Source: a virus
Taxonomy: Duplodnaviria; Caudoviricetes
Strand: one strand, 5' to 3'
DNA length: 56,846 nt
Virus record (IMG/VR): IMGVR_UViG_3300010397_000012
Coordinates: 1-56,846 of that record
Shown in pieces: positions 56,401-56,846 of the stretch; position 1 is the first letter of the stretch, and every line of letters begins with the position of its first letter. The translations under genes were made by a program, and so were the position numbers. The notes under the pieces are model-generated. The model was not told the origin of the DNA, searched no databases, and saw nothing but the letters and a program-made list of their open reading frames with translations.

Positions 56401-56846
56401 ATGGCATTGACGACACAGCAGCAGGCGACACTCAAGGCCGCGATCCTCGCGGACTCCACACTAAACGCCTACCCGAACACGGGCGACGGCAATTTCGACC
56501 TCGCCCGCTACATGTCGATCACGCTCGTGCCAGCCTTCATCGTGTGGCGCAGCATGGTGCCGATCGCTGAGGCCGGGCGCACGTTCGACTCCACGGAACT
56601 CGCCGGGCTGTCCTCGATCAACACGACACGCTTGACGAACCTCGCGCTGTGGCTCGCGGGCGGCCTGAACCCCTCGGTGGCGGGCGTGCGGGCGTTCTTC
56701 GATGACATCTTCTCAGGCGCGGCCGGCACCAATACGCGGGCGGCGTTGCTGGTGCTGTGGAAGCGCAGCGCGACCGTGATCGAGAAGATCCTCGCCACAG
56801 GCACCGGGTCGAGTGGGTCGCCCGCGACGATGGGCTATGAAGGCAC
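56401..56846 (+). CDS. 5' part of junction-spanning hypothetical protein (MALTTQQQATLKAAILAD...)
   Basis: AAGGAG SD; open to the end of the window and continuing to 163. Confidence 0.8.
   Translation, partial: MALTTQQQATLKAAILADSTLNAYPNTGDGNFDLARYMSITLVPAFIVWRSMVPIAEAGRTFDSTELAGLSSINTTRLTNLALWLAGGLNPSVAGVRAFFDDIFSGAAGTNTRAALLVLWKRSATVIEKILATGTGSSGSPATMGYEG
56724..56846. repeat. Terminal direct repeat (copy 2)
   Basis: Identical to bases 1-123. Confidence 0.95.

Overview
An apparently complete, circularly permuted genome (about 56.7 kb unique; bases 1-123 repeat exactly at 56724-56846) of a high-GC siphovirus with an HK97-type head. Nearly all genes are on the + strand. Modules in order: extra virion/adhesin genes (LamG lectin, GPT-collagen fibre, GT4); a divergent RHH regulator; early recombination/replication genes (ERF, YqaJ exonuclease, NinB-like, YdaU-type initiator with iterons); many small accessory ORFs; packaging (HNH, ParB-MTase, P27-type TerS, TerL); protease-capsid fusion and portal; a 7-gene glycosyl-/methyltransferase cluster; head-tail and tail genes; and lysis (GH108 endolysin). 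No integrase, tRNA or classical CRISPR array was recognised. The standout locus is 23375-25135. A promoter and structured leader precede a RAMP/Cas7-like gene and a partner gene. These are followed by a non-coding array of about 10 units, each made of 9-12 phased pentamers (GGH-like trinucleotide + variable NN) separated by NGCA tetramers. Read as codon positions 1-2, the NN dinucleotides of five consecutive units spell conserved motifs of capsid, TerL (twice), TerS and portal proteins of a different HK97-like element. This suggests an RNA-guided, wobble-skipping anti-competitor system, similar to what I recall being described as VIPR (recalled, not verified). All assignments are by eye; no database searches were run.
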